From positions 310,001 to 374,000 of the forward strand of contig JAQGDQ010000208.1 in the NCBI GenBank assembly GCA_030141605.1: a stretch of 64,000 bases of DNA, written 5' to 3'. The translations under genes were made by a program, and so were the position numbers. Under the pieces are notes generated by a model, which worked only from the letters and a program-made list of their open reading frames with translations, was not told where the DNA came from and ran no database searches. Of this stretch, positions 39,321 through 53,400 are shown piece after piece. Within the stretch, counting starts at the first letter, position 1. Every line of letters starts with the position of its first letter. The stretch comes from Tubiluchus corallicola (Eukaryota; Animalia; Priapulida).

Positions 39321-42300
39321 CTGTCCAACAGGTGGAGACAGTATGCAGGAGGACAGATGTCAACAATTGTAAAAATGCGTTAGCAATAAAATTATGGACA
39401 AAAAGGTGAATCTGCTAGTCTGTGTAGTGGATACTGATCGATCTATATTGTAGAATTTGTCTATATCAAAAAACTTACACGTGACTATAGATTTCAGTTT
39501 AACTGTTTCACAATATTCTCAGTATCTTTTTACTGGTAAGCAAATGAGTGAGTGACCAGTTTAAACACACAATCATATCGCCTCTAGCTATTTCTCTCGT
39601 TGATGGAGGTTAATATTCATGGCGACTCAAGCGATTCAGTCAGCTCAGCGTCCCTTCTTGATAATCCTTCATTGTGAAATAGATTAAGGTCTGACCACAA
39701 CTGTTGCTGCATGCCAACTGTGTAAAATAAGCTAAAAAGACCTATCCAAACTATAATAATATCTATTTGATATCTGTCTAGTATTTGTGCTGATTGTAGT
39801 TTCTAGAGAGTACGACTTCGGGAGAAAAATTGTAAGAGCTTGTCCCAAAAGTAAAACAGTAAATGAAGCAAAATGGAACTGTACACGTCACATAAAGCAA
39901 TTTTTCCGACACATCATTTTTGGCAAGCTAATGAAAGCCGAGAAACCGCTCTTTTTACTGACGAAAACGTGTAGCGGGGCAACAGTTAAGATATCAGCTA
40001 CAATTCTGTGCAACATTAGCATCTTTCAAGATTAGTGAATGCGCCGTTTTTCAGCAGATTTCACACGCGCGAAGACAAACTGTTGCCTGGGTTTTGCATC
40101 AGCCTCCCCCTGACATTCCTTCCCATGGGCAAAACAGCTTCGTTCCTATTGAGAATGAATAAATTTTGAACAAATGAATCGGGCACACGTCTTAAAAAAG
40201 CGTGAAAGGATGAGATTTATTACCACAGTTGCCTTGGCAACGGCAATGACTTAATGGCGACGGCCAGCGATGCAAAATGGAGTTGCACAACATGAATCTG
40301 AGGCGGACGAATTTATCAATGAAGTGTGCCCCGGAAGCAAAATTTCGATAGTTAAAAAATGGTTCCCTTCGATGTCATTAAACCCATGTGCATTTGTGTT
40401 ACAATGTTGTGAACACAGTCTAAGTTGGCCGTATGCTATGTGCAGTACACGTTTAATGGCTAACAGAAAATGTGCAGAAAGATTTGCGAGAAATCAGTCA
40501 AATACCAGACATACCCAGATAATAAAGTTCAGAAAAACTTGAATTTTCCCACAAAATTACAATAAGACTGAAAACACTTGCACGTTACGTCAAGTTGTCA
40601 GGTTTATGAACCATGTAGCTTAATTCAACTCAATGTCACGTTATAACGTTGTGAATAAACGTTATGAATAAAAAAATTTGAAAACTAATTAAATGTATCA
40701 TTGCTATGTTCTCCTGACAGCTGGTGACCAAAAATGTAGTAAACTGTTTTTCTATAACCTATAGCAGAAGCAATGCATTTCCACAAAATCACAATTATTA
40801 TAATATTACGTTAATTTTAACAGGCAAAAGTTGCAAACAGTTGGACAGCAGCAAGTGAACTTGAAAAAATCTTTATAGCAGAACAGTTCTTTGCAGCAAA
40901 ATCAACTACCTTCCTAGTAGAACTGGTAACGCATTGCAAAACTTATTACACTAAATTTATTAGAAGACAAATTACATTTTATTTGCAAAAATTGCAAAGA
41001 AACTGACCGCAAGACTTTTTACAACCCACCCAAGTTTTCAGCGCAAAAGAGCAGCAATTATCAAAATACTGTGTTCGTCTTGTTTTCGTAATAAACATTT
41101 GCTAATGTGTAATTGCCGTCAGGCAAAAACCAACGCACTACAATGCAAACAGACCTGAACAAAAGGTATAACAGCACAGTTGTAAAAACTTGTAAAACCC
41201 AAAGACAAGGTTGAAACAACCAGAACAACAACAATAGCCCAAAAGCCGCAGAGAGTATCTTCTCCCACTGGTGATGAGTAATAAGAGAAACAAGGAACAG
41301 AGACTTCTTTGACGAGAGGGAGAACATCTAAAGTCAATCAAAGTTTAGGAGATTAAGTGGGCTGGCGTTTTGTCAACTACAGAAAATAAGTATAACGTAC
41401 GCATGTTTGAGCAGCGTTAGTAAGGGACGCCAAGGATTTTATCCCACCCCGCAGCTAATCAGCTATATATGGCAAGGGTAATTTCTTAACAGGTCACGCG
41501 AACAACTTTTCCTATATGAAAAAGGCAATACGGCCTGGGTCTAATGCAACTTCAACGAAATGACCTTGGACGATCTTATAATTCAGCACAGCTTCGGATG
41601 GGGGAGGGGAGGAGATGGCTGTTACACGCGACGACATACAAAAATTCATAGAATAAAACACTACAAAATGGAACGAAACAACAGGTTAGGGAGGTTTTGT
41701 TGTAGAAAAAATGTCATTGTTAAGACTTCGCAAAGAAGTTTGAATGTCTGAACAAGGTAACAATATAGTTGAAACAGTTTAATTTTGGGATAACACACCC
41801 ACTGATGTTAGCTTTGGCCAGAAAACACAGGCAAAATGTACACTAAAAAAACAAGAGTACACAGACAAAATGGACATTAATAATATAATTCGAGATAAAC
41901 AACTCGAGCGAAAAATATTTTGTTTAAGCCAGATGCCACCACTTTTCGGACCAACGAAGCAAGAGATCCAAGGTTCACAAAAAGCGCAGTTAAGCGCATT
42001 TTAAATGCCGTATACAAATAGCTGCATTGTGTTAAAATAGTTTTGAAGTGATGTCACATCATACAGACACCCCATGGGCAGTTGGGCACACGGCTTAAAT
42101 CTCTCAGAAGACAGCAAAATCGAGGAATCTTCCCTTAATGAAAAGAACAGCACGCGTCGGGCGGCAGACTTGGAGATAAAACGATTAGTAAAAAGTTGCC
42201 AGCCGTGACATTGGGATTACCTGGCACATGTTAATGACAGGTATGCGTTAAACCCTGAAAAGAATCATTGTTAAATATAGCATTATTGGCGCAGGTGTGC

Positions 42301-43047
42301 TGATTTGGTGATTAAGAAAAAACTGTCATATTAGCGCATCACTGATTATCAGTGTAAGAAATTTCCAGATTCTTAAGCCTGCCTCTTTAAACTTCAGCTG
42401 GACCATATGGAGCTGTCAAATCATTCTACTAGAAGCTGATATATTATTAGAAATAAGTTTAAATGCAGCTGAGTAAAAATGTACTTGTGTTTCAAACCAA
42501 AGAACAGAAACAGTCATGCTGTTAATGCAATTTTTATTCTAGTACAGGATGTTAAAAATATAAAGCGGATTAAAAATATAATGACATGCTTAAAACATAC
42601 TGATCAAAGCACAAAGTAATGATGTTGAATGCTAAGATGTAGATGTATTAAAATAACGTCGTTCTACACATGCCAGCATAAGTCTCACCACACATACTGG
42701 ACTTTGTGTGGTAAGCAAAATTCATTTGTTAGTGCAATGTCTCTTTTGCGTCACCCTGTATAACAGCTACCCAAATATGAATAATTATATTATAGGCGGG
42801 CTATGTGGTTCTGACCGGGATAATTATACGATAAGACTTGACAAAACGTAGTCACCAAATTTGTCCATTCAAAAAGGACTTAATTACCAAATATTATATT
42901 AATTTAAAACTTACAGCAATATATTCTACAAAAGTAGTTACACAAGCCTTATACATCAATAAATTTAAAAATAATCAACAGAAGAAAGAAGACAAATATA
43001 CGCAGATTTCTAACCAAAACTGAAGCGGGAAATATGATTGCACTTAC

Positions 43048-43228
43048 CAAGAACAAAACCCTCACACTGTTGCAAAGGTACAAACTTCTTTTCGTGTTTC
43101 ACTTCAACTGCTGGTTTCTCAAAATGTTCTGTCAGCACGGCTTCAATGGTAAGATGTTCAGACTCATCACCGAGGATAGTGTCCTCCAAGACGGAAGCAA
43201 GAGTAAGATCGTGTGAAAGCAACATCAT
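43048..43228 (-). CDS. Candidate alternative N-terminal exon C of ETS1/2 (MMLLSHDLTLASVLEDTILGDESEH...CEGFVL)
   Basis: ATG ATG...CTT G|gtaagt, 60 codons + 1 nt (phase 1). Alternatively an 81-nt internal exon at 43048-43128 (tgacag|AA). Confidence 0.55.
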
Positions 43229-43308
43229 TACAGTTCAAAAGTCAAGCAGAGGAGGGAATCGAAAAGAGCAGTCAGCAGAAGTGCAGCTAGATGAAATTCA
43301 GCACTCAC

Positions 43309-43444
43309 CTACAATCTTTCCCTCCAGTATTTCAACCCAAGACACTTGCGGAAGATGGGGATCCAGTAAGGGCGTATCAGAACTTGGTGACGGGTTGAGG
43401 TCATCTGGGCTGCTCGTTTCGCATGCTAACTCCACGCACAACAT
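43309..43444 (-). CDS. Candidate alternative first coding exon D of ETS1/2 (MLCVELACETSSPDDLNPSPSSDTPLLDPHLPQVSWVEILEGKIV)
   Basis: ATG...GTA G|gtgagt, 45 codons + 1 nt (phase 1), with a near-consensus donor and a composition GC-richer than the flanks. Confidence 0.55.
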
Positions 43445-43706
43445 ACGTGAATCAGAGACAAAAGAATTGCAAACAGTAGCGTGTGGAGACTGATGGTGGT
43501 GGTATGCAACTCTCTACTGATAAAAGCAGACTTGAGAACTACCAATGGCAGCCAAAACAGATTCTATTTGTTGAATGTCTCGCACGAGAAGCACGCATAT
43601 AATATACATATGATGTCATGTGAAAATACAATCATGAATACAATTACTTGGGAGCAAGAACGCGACTTTTATTTATGCATTAGATGAGCAATAAACTTAT
43701 CAACAA

Positions 43707-43809
43707 CCAATCGGGTTACGCCGTTCTCAAGACATGCGCCACCTTATATAAATTGCACAACAGTCACAAGCGAGCTAAATTCAAGGCAAGTACCTCTGTC
43801 TCAACCAAT
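43707..43809 (-). promoter_or_regulatory. Possible core promoter upstream of exons C/D
   Basis: TTTATATAA on the minus strand at 43744-43752; CCAAT motifs at 43707 and 43805. Confidence 0.25.
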
Positions 43810-45032
43810 CAGAGCAAAACAGGGATGGATCTTATCCCGGTTAGATTCTTTATAAGGATAATTCCAGGAGTTCAAGCACCTGTTAACTCCAAGAATTTTC
43901 ATACGACACGAGTCAAACATTTAGATCACATTACACCCACGTGCTGCTTGAAAGGCCCAGCCTAATTTCCGGCAAAACGTGCGCAGTGTGATTAGGGTCA
44001 TCGCATTAGGGCCAAATTTCCAATAATTTGGCCACAATTTCCAGGTGAAAAAACATTATTTTAGAAAAATATACTAAAATACGAATGATTCTTTAAGTAC
44101 AACAACAGACCAACAACAAATTACTCATTCTTCCTAGTCTATAGGCCAGCAAGAACCGATACAGATGGTAAGAAGTTCTGTCGAACAGAAAGTAAGAAAT
44201 AGTTTGCTCTCCAGTGCCCAGACAGTGACGGTCTGCATTCCTCCGTGTCTGCAACTGATGTCCTATCATAAGGAAGGACAATGTGATTAGACGCTGGTCA
44301 CTTGACAACCAATGACTGACTGTGGGGTTCATGCAGCAAAACTTGAACAACGTTGATCCAACAAGTTTTCAGTGTGCTTTCTGGTCTCTATCGGTTATTA
44401 TGGTAGAAGAAACTGAGAAATACATAAAGTATACGCAAAAAATAGAAATACTTTCGAATTATTACGTTATTTTATGTAGAATAACGAATATTTTACAGTA
44501 AAAGTCGTTCCCACACACAAATGATACGTTACAGCACAACACTACTTAAAGTTAACATAATTTCAAAAAAAGGGTAAGCAATTTAAAAATTACTTAGCGA
44601 TGCTTAATGCACGGTAATATCTCAACTTCGTCATTTTCTATCCGCTGTCATTCACGAACATCAAGTGTTATAAATGAAATGACTGAATAAGTTCAAAGTC
44701 TTAAGTTCTTCCCAAGGATATCCTACTACGATGGTATCCTTTTCCTTTCGGACAAGCTGAAACCTATGCATCGTCATGCTTACTACACATACAAAATACT
44801 AAAATGTACCAAATTTTACAAGCACTGTTGTCAGAAAGTACTAACTCTGTAAAATGTTACCATTAAAAATGCACATGATTTTTCCATGCAAGTGATGAAA
44901 AATATTCAATAAGCCCAGATTCATGGGCTTTCTATTCAAATAAACTAAAGTACTTATAGTAACTTTCCAAGTAATAAGTAAAGCTATAGGTCAACGCGAG
45001 TGGTGGCACCTAGAACAGGAAATCACTAAAAC

Positions 45033-45167
45033 GAACACCTGATACCTGTCTAGTCTTAAAAATCAGTTCCAAGAATCAGAAAGAGAAAAAATGATGGAGC
45101 CATGTGGTCAGAATAGCCTCATGTCATTAAGAGAAAGGACAAAGTTTATTTCCTGCAAAGCACAAAT
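45033..45167. repeat. Dispersed repeat copy 1 (~135 bp; partner at 50281-50416)
   Basis: gaacacc.gata.ctgtctagtcttaaaaatcag...aatcagaaagagaaaaaat...taagagaaaggaca...ctgcaaagcacaaat is shared in direct orientation. Confidence 0.9.
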
Positions 45168-47680
45168 CAATAACAACACAGTGCATAACCGAACATAGAA
45201 AAATTAGATTTTAATGAAAAAGTGTGTCACAAGACGTGATGACGAGGTGCAAACATTCTACAATCATAGTTTTGTTATCATCACTAATAATTAAATAATG
45301 CAATAGGCACGTGGTTATCAATTACCTTTAGGAAATGGAAAGCTAAAACATACAGCTAGTAAACCTGGACTTAAAGCCTTGTACAATGAATACATACATA
45401 TAATTGAGAATTTTCGAACCAGGTTTATGAATTAATTTAATATATATGTACCTGCACATCAGTTAACTCAACTTTGCTAACGTGCTTTGCATTTAGAACA
45501 TTAAAGTAACACAAGCTTAAATCATGAAATGTGCAAGCAAATGAAACTATAATACTATTTAAAAACGCTGCCTGTGTGTAACCATGTGTATTAAAGTAAA
45601 AAATATTATTATGAATATAAACACGTATAAAAAGTGAAGTGCCCAATATGTGCCAAAGCGCTATGCATTATGATAGCCAAAGCAGGACCTGCAGACTGGG
45701 TGCGGGATAGGGAGGAAGTCGGGATGAACAGGAATTCCGTTATAGATAAGGAGTTAAGGAAGTGGAGGTAACAGTATACCAGACTGGTTTATACAATAAC
45801 AACATACCTGCCAGTGTCACGAGCCAAATTAGCAATCATGTTAATATGTAATTAAACCAAATGCAACTAGCGAAGTTAGAACTTAGAAGATTTCCACAAC
45901 AAGTGAGAAATGACGCATGCTTGGAGTAGACTTAAAAGATACCAATAACTTTAAAAAAGTAGGAGAAGTTGCAAATGAAAGTTTGCAGGTGCAAAGTTAT
46001 TCCAAATCAAAAGGAAGTTGGTTCCAGGCTCTTTCCTGTTTGCGATTTCCGGTTGGGTCGCTAAGATATTACAACGTTTACAGATTTTTTGCGCGGTTCT
46101 ATGCAGACAGTCGAATGCCAGTAATGATTTTTTAACATCTCAGAACCAACAAGTTGTTTTGCAGGCTGTCGCTCGTATTGTGCAATATCAAGTATAAACT
46201 TAAAAGAGTAGCTCAGCTTTTTTAACCATTAAAATAATATTACACACCTATACGAAATTGCAACTAAGACTGTAAATGACGTAGTCACTAGTCATTATAT
46301 AATAAAACAGGCTTACATTCAGCTTTCTTAAAGTGTTAAGGACTATGGTTCACATTGTTGCCTAACTCCAGCTATATTTATTTGGTATAACAGTTGTTTA
46401 CAAATCTATAAGCCTAACATACAGCTGCGGTTTACTCGCACATCCCTGATACGCATACCTAAATGCATATAATCTGTGCCTATATCTTTAGTTTAACATG
46501 GTACAAAGGTCATCTTCAATTCATTCATAATTATTTAGCTCAGAAATGCTCGTGTACATAAATTAGTAAGTAGTATTAATTTCACATTCTTGTACAGCAG
46601 CTATTAATTACCAGGCTACTATTTGAAATATTATCACGTAATATGAAGACTAATTACTTATGAAATAGATATAATTTAAAATTATGTATGCCGAATTATG
46701 CAGTATTCGCCCAGAAAGGTGAAATACTGTTAGTATATCAATATTTGATTAATGGCCAATATTTTGTGAATAGACTTCAATGGAGTAAACTCAGATCTAG
46801 TTCGATCCGCCTACACATTGCAAAGTCCAATAATAAGGTAAATGTTGCGAATACAGAGATATTTACCATAAGAAAGTAACATAAAATTTCATTATGCGTG
46901 TGTGCGAAAAGCTGCAAACCAGAATCCAGCATTCAACCGTACGGCCTGGAAAGTTGTAGCAGGACTGGAATCTAGCTAATTACAAAAGATAATCTCGGAG
47001 TGCTTGGCCACGTTCAGATGTATATGTACACCCTTCCTCAACAAGAAAAATAGTCAAGAAGAAGCGTACACAAGCAGCTTTCCCAGCAGTCAGCCATCTA
47101 TTTACAAACCAAGTTCGGCGCTGCTTAAGTTCGCCAAGCACATACCGTGACCATGCGTATATTCCTGTTGCCTTGAATACGGACTAGTTTTCAAACGATA
47201 AAACCATGGAGTCAAAACCAGTAGAATGCACAATGCACATCAAGCTTCGTTGCATCTAATCTTACTTGTGAACGATGCTATGTGCACATATTATCTTCCG
47301 TCACAACAAGTATGTTGTTCATCAATACATCGAGTGTATGTGATGCAAACATGAAGTTGTTTCTCTTCGAAACTTACCATTCCACTCGGTGCTATAATCA
47401 AACAGCTTAAGAGGCTGCTACTGAAGAGACAGAGATTCACTGGCAAATATTGTTACAAACGTGCGGGGGCGTAGGATTAGTGTAGTCAGGTAGACAAAAC
47501 TTCATAGTTGAGATGTAAGCAAAAGACGTGTATTTGTTTTGATCACACAGAGAAGGGAGGGAAATGGAACTTTCAGCGCGGGGGAGTGCAGACTCCATAC
47601 AATTACAAGGACAGGAACAGTCAACTGTCTCAATGTAGTTGCAGACAAAAGTTACTTTGCATGATTGTTTGGAATGTTAA

Positions 47681-47868
47681 CCAAGACCAGGCATATCCAC
47701 GCAAACGAAAAGCAAAAACGCTGGATTTAAACCGCGATACTCCTTCCTACCTCTACCTGCGACAGAGAGCTTCACCAAGATCAGGCATATCCACGCAAAC
47801 GAAAAGCAAAAATCCTGGATTTAAACCGCAATACTCCTTCCTACCTCTACCTGCGACAGAGAGCTTCA
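47681..47868. repeat. Tandem duplication, 2 x 94 bp
   Basis: ccaaga(c/t)caggcatatccacgcaaacgaaaagc...ctgcgacagagagcttca occurs twice with few mismatches. Confidence 0.95.
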
Positions 47869-50280
47869 TCTTTCTAAGATAAACAGCTTATTCGTACTAC
47901 AATAGGTGTGGGAGTCAGGTACACTGAATCTTATTGTTCGTCACTTCCTCCCATACTTGTATTAGCCATATAAGCGGTCAGGTATTCACGTATTCAACTC
48001 TTGCAGGGTAAATTGTTACAGTACAAGGTTAACCTGTTTATAGGTATAGTGTGAGAACAGTAGTTGTTTGGGAGGACCTGCCAAGTTGTTCCAACTAAGC
48101 TCCTGAGCTCTGTTAATGAAGTATAATTTCAAATTCTCAAAACATAACTATGGATTAAGTTTATTAAACAGTCGTTGTGTTTGTGATGGGATTGCATTTT
48201 GTGTGACAGATACATGCACTCGCAGCTGCATGCTTGTGTTAGTGGACAGTAGTCAGTGGCTGAACAAATACAGCTGAATTACTTCCACACAATTTCACGA
48301 AATCACTGTACAACTTCGTCATATTTATAAAGACATGTGCCAAAAAAGCAGTGCACAACAAAAGAACTATCTCCACGAAACGGGATGATTGTTAGAATCG
48401 GGTAGAACATAGCCCTGCCGCGGTGAACACAATGTCGTGTCTGTTTCACCCGCAGACCTTGCGACACGTGCTTTGAGGGTACATAGTCGTTACAGAGTGG
48501 ACTCAAGCTTAACTAAACTCGATTCAAAACCAACAATACCAAACCGGCGTGCAACAAGCCGAAAAATAGAAGCGAAGCTCAGTTTAAGCCGCTTGCCATC
48601 TTTGTAGCACGTGTTGGCGATGGGCTTTTTTGCTACTAGGTATTATTTTGTTTAAGGTTAAGCGCCACTTATTCCTTATTAGTACACATCTCGACCGACC
48701 GCCACAAAGCGAGGCAAATCAATGCCACGATGCGATCTTTGTATTTAACAGAAATTTGCAAATCGGTGCCAGATATCACAACAGCCAAGCTGACGTCGCA
48801 ATACAATGAAAATATTGTAGTCTCTGTCGTAGTTTGGACGCAGCAATCCCTGACAGGGTAATTACCCCATAACGACTGAGACACGCACCATCAATGCGCA
48901 TCTTCGCAAATAGATACTTTAACAAAAAACGGGCAATTTTCCGAATTTCATAACAATGTATTTAAGCACTTGGGACAACAGGTGGGGCATGGTGGCAGAC
49001 GCGCGGTCTTAAAACCCGGTTTCAATCTCGTCATCATCAAAAAGTGGATCAAAAAACGAATAATCAGGTATTTCGAGCCTTATCGATTGTTACAGTAAAC
49101 GGAGCACCCCTGCAGAGTCTCACGGACCGATAGTCATTGCTAAAATATGCGCAAATAACAATAATATACTACTGCAGAAACAGTAACGTATAAATTATCT
49201 GTATGTGTATGCGCACCTGTGCTGGTAATTATGTATATTGTCATTCCGTTGATTTTGCATGGCTAAAAATAACTGACGTAAGGACACGTAATTTACAAAG
49301 CAAAAATAATCAAACACTTATTCGATGTAGTGCTGGCATGCAACACTGAATGGCGTGGCTCACATAATGTATATCGTTGGGACCAGAGTTTAGCTGGTTG
49401 CTGGGTCTTCAAAGAGGTAAAATGATGAGTACAAATTGCTGATGAAACAAATGAAACAGCTTGGAATCTCGGTTATCCACCCATTTGCTGGCTAATTATT
49501 GGCACTGCTAATTTCGGTCGCTATGCGTACGCTGTCATCACTCACATTTCATCAAAATTAATTAGTAATTGGTTTAGCATTAATCTGTTAAGACCATAAA
49601 AAGCCGGAGCGTTTATAACGGTTAAGATATTTTGCTGGTATCTAAAATGGCCTTCAAATCCAGGCAATTCTGGACTTATTCAGGCAAATCTTGTCACTAT
49701 TTTCATTCTGTTTACTTTCGTCTGAATCTAAATAATAAGGGATTTTTTCTTTCGCTTGGTGCACTAATTGATAATCTTGAATCTAAACACAAAATTATGT
49801 CGGCTACACACTTATGACTATTCTGTACTTCATGACATTTTACATACTTTTTATAGTGCTTAAATTGCATGGCCACCCAACTTCTTTAAGCTATGGTGTA
49901 TATATAAGTATATCCCTCTGGCTCTTGCACACTTTATTACTGCTTTATGTTGCAAATAGTGGTCCAACCACTTTTTCTTGATTTATTATGACAACAGACA
50001 AATTAGTGATTATTCGGCTTGCTTATAATATGCAAATTATCTTTATCCCCAAAGACGGTGTGGACTCTAAAACACTTACGCTGCTTACGCTAACCTCCAA
50101 TAAAACACTTACAAGAAAGCAAGCATTCAAGAAATGCGACCAATGCCTTAGAAGTAGAAGGATAAAAACAAACCGAACTTTTTATTAGGCTTAATGTACA
50201 GGTTTTATAGCCTATTGATTGCACTACAATGAATTTTAGTACAGTGAAATTAGCTGACAGAAAAAAACGAAAGGTAGATG

Positions 50281-50416
50281 GAACACCCGATATCTGTCTA
50301 GTCTTAAAAATCAGGAAGTTCCAACAATCAGAAAGAGAAAAAATAAGGAGCTATGTAGTCAGATTAGCCTAACGTCTTTAAGAGAAAGGACAGTTTATTT
50401 GCTGCAAAGCACAAAT
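50281..50416. repeat. Dispersed repeat copy 2 (partner at 45033-45167)
   Basis: Same alignment as copy 1. Confidence 0.9.
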
Positions 50417-53400
50417 TAAGGAGGAAAAAACAATATACTTCTACACCCAAGTACTATGCGGCGTTAGTAACACGAACTTGATGTGCTGTTTTTCCTCTGG
50501 TTACAGAACGCAAGCAAAATAAAGTTTGCGGTCACTCTGCGCCAAGTAAAAACTGTCTGTCCCTGCCTAGGCGGAAAATCAATGTGTATTCGAACTACCG
50601 TCATTTAGTTTGGACAGAACGCCGACAACGCGATGACTGTGAGAAAGAACATTAGGGAAAGCCCCACTTAACAAATATACCACGAGAGTCTGACAAGAAA
50701 AAAAAATAGTCCATGTGGCTGCTTGAACGTTAGATGGTTAGTGGCTAGGTGTACCTAGACGTTACGGATTAATAATATCGTAATTCTAAATTGACAAACG
50801 TTTACACTTTAAGAACAAATGGCGTAGAAACTAAAATCCATCTTTACGTAATGATTTGTATACTCATGAAAGCAAGCTCATGTACATTGTATCTGCACAC
50901 TAACCTATCTGATCTTCTGGTATTTCTGATCTTTCTAGACCGCTGAAAAATATATGTAAACACACACAGACCTGAAAGGCCCACGGGGACAGCTAATGAT
51001 TATTTCTATAGCTAGATTGATAGCTAAAACATGAAATTAAAGAGCTACCACACGTGGATGGGCTTCTAAATACAGAAAACACTGTGGTTATGAACCGCAG
51101 TAGACAGCATGGCTTCCAGATGAGCAACCAAACGTTGTAAGGCTTCAACGAGCCAAGCGGTACCTCCCCCACAAACATCAACAACCCATCCAGGCCCAGC
51201 AGTGAAGCTTGGGTAGCACGTGTGTTAGAAACGCTACCATATGTTTAGCGTGCAAGCAATGGGATTTGAATTTATGGATGAAAACATACTTATTTATGTC
51301 TTCTGAGCGATGGTATAATTGCTTATCAGCCAACGCTAGCCGGGTGCATGCATTTTTAAATGTGACCATGCTGACCATATGTTAAACATTAATGGTTTTA
51401 AACGCGGGGGAATAATGATAAGAGATTTATTTTTGTTGCTCTGGCCCGTGGCAAGATGATTGCTTATCGTGGAGCATATCTAGTCAACACCTGCAAGAAT
51501 TCTGCACTCAGAATACAAACACACGTGCATGAAAACGAGGGGGGTCAGAAGAGCAGTGTTTTAAAGGTAAAACAAAAAACCAACGCTGTGGACAACTGTG
51601 CAATTTGAAAGCTTCGCAGAATGATTCACACTAAGATTTAGTAAAAATGATTTTTCATTCAGTGTATGTAGCAGCAAAAATAGGCTTAACACTATAACGA
51701 GGTTAGAAACTTTATACCACAGACCTCCAAATCCACACTAATTACTGATTATTCATTATACTAGCTCACTGAATCTATGATAACAATCTATGTATGAAAG
51801 AGTTGAGCATGGTGTAAACCTGGTGCATGTAGCAAGGGTGCGCCCGCAGCGCAAAAGTGACCAAAATAATAGTTGCTTACAAATTGTATTGTTCTATGCT
51901 ATTGTTTTATTTAAATGTAGTCTTTTACAGCCAAAGACTTACTGTTTTTCAGTGGAAAGCTAGTGCAAAAAACAGACTTAATAAATAAATTTGTTATCAA
52001 ATTAGTTCTACTGACAGCAGTTTAGTATGATTCCCGAATACTCTTGTGCTTGAGTATCCAAAACTATATGAGTTAAGAATTTTAAATTGAACGGAAGCTA
52101 TTAATACAGTTAAAACTCTGCTTCCACATTTCCAGGGCTGTATGTCATGCATGGTACTATTAGTAATCAATCAGAGAAGGAGAACCATCGTCGACACCAT
52201 TCCCACGCAAGTTTGACGTTCCGCGCTTTCATTTGTGAAGAACAGGCATGTTTTTGCTGAGCAAGGATTCTATTTTCGCTGCCTCCTTTACCTTGGTCTC
52301 AGACATGTTCGTGCGGACAGATTCAGAGCAATTTAGAAGCCTGAGACATCTACAAACCTCGCTAAATATTGGTGTTAGGAAGCCGAAGATTAGGGGTGAT
52401 GAAAAAAGTAGCGTTGAATTGAAGAAAGCACGCACGAGTGATTTCAGGGTCGCCAAAATCTAAATTCAAAGTTCGCAATGCTTACACTTTGCAAAATTTT
52501 TGTAGCGTAGCTCTCATCACAGAAAACGGCGAAATTTTTTCATGTAGTAACAATTTACAACTACATTATTGTCCGTCCCAACTATATGATGCATATGATT
52601 TAAGTATCACCACTGCTACTACCAATACCACTACCAATGCGAATACCAGCATCAGTACCAATTACCAGATTGAACTATGACATCAGGTGAAGATAAATTA
52701 GACATCAAAGAGTCAGGTCTAAGAGGATAAATGCTTAGTTTTACAAATAGCCTTCCATATGTACATATTCCTGTTACTTATCTTCTATTCACTTTAAAGT
52801 CTAAAACGTAAATGCTACGACAGCTACAAAGACAGACTCGAAAAATATGCTTTCTTGAGTTTATAAATAAAGAATAAAATTGTTTATTCCACTCGGGTGT
52901 TACTTACTAAACTCGGTATCAAGAACCAGAAGGTCCTCAAAAGTGTGTGATACTACAAGTGGTATCAGGTGGTAAGATGTTAAATCGTTATAACAGTACT
53001 TCCTTAATGGAAGTCGCTTTTACCTGAAGCTACAAAAACGACCAAGCACTGCCACGAACGTAATAAATTGTTCCATAAAGCCTTTCCTTAACATGATATT
53101 ATTTGACGTAATTTGATAAAAAAAGAGACGATGAAAGGAGCATTTCATTCATGTCAAGTGAATTATAGTCATGTCGTGGGCCAAATCTACAATTGTTCAG
53201 ACACGAGCGGAATACAAATTTAAACATGGGAATAATTTAATCAAAAAATGCCCTTCAGCCTAGGTGTGTAAGCCTTAGGTAAACTGGCCATAACTGTCAG
53301 AGTCGTGGAGAAACGGGCAACACGCTGAAACAACTTCGCTTTCTTCTCCCGCAGTCATGTGAAAATTCTTAACAATCTGGAGCGTCTTAACAACAATAAC

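Noticed and set aside
41061-41341. Three overlapping minus-strand ORFs as another first exon
   Set aside because: The only ATG frame reaches the weak cag|gtctgt donor in phase 2; the phase-1 frame lacks an ATG.
43038-43493. 151-aa + strand ORF
   Set aside because: Non-ATG start and no recognisable homology; better explained as the antisense of the candidate minus-strand exons.
47681-47868. CRISPR-like array or 124-aa ORF
   Set aside because: Two abutting 94-bp copies without spacers, in animal DNA with no cas genes; a simple tandem duplication.
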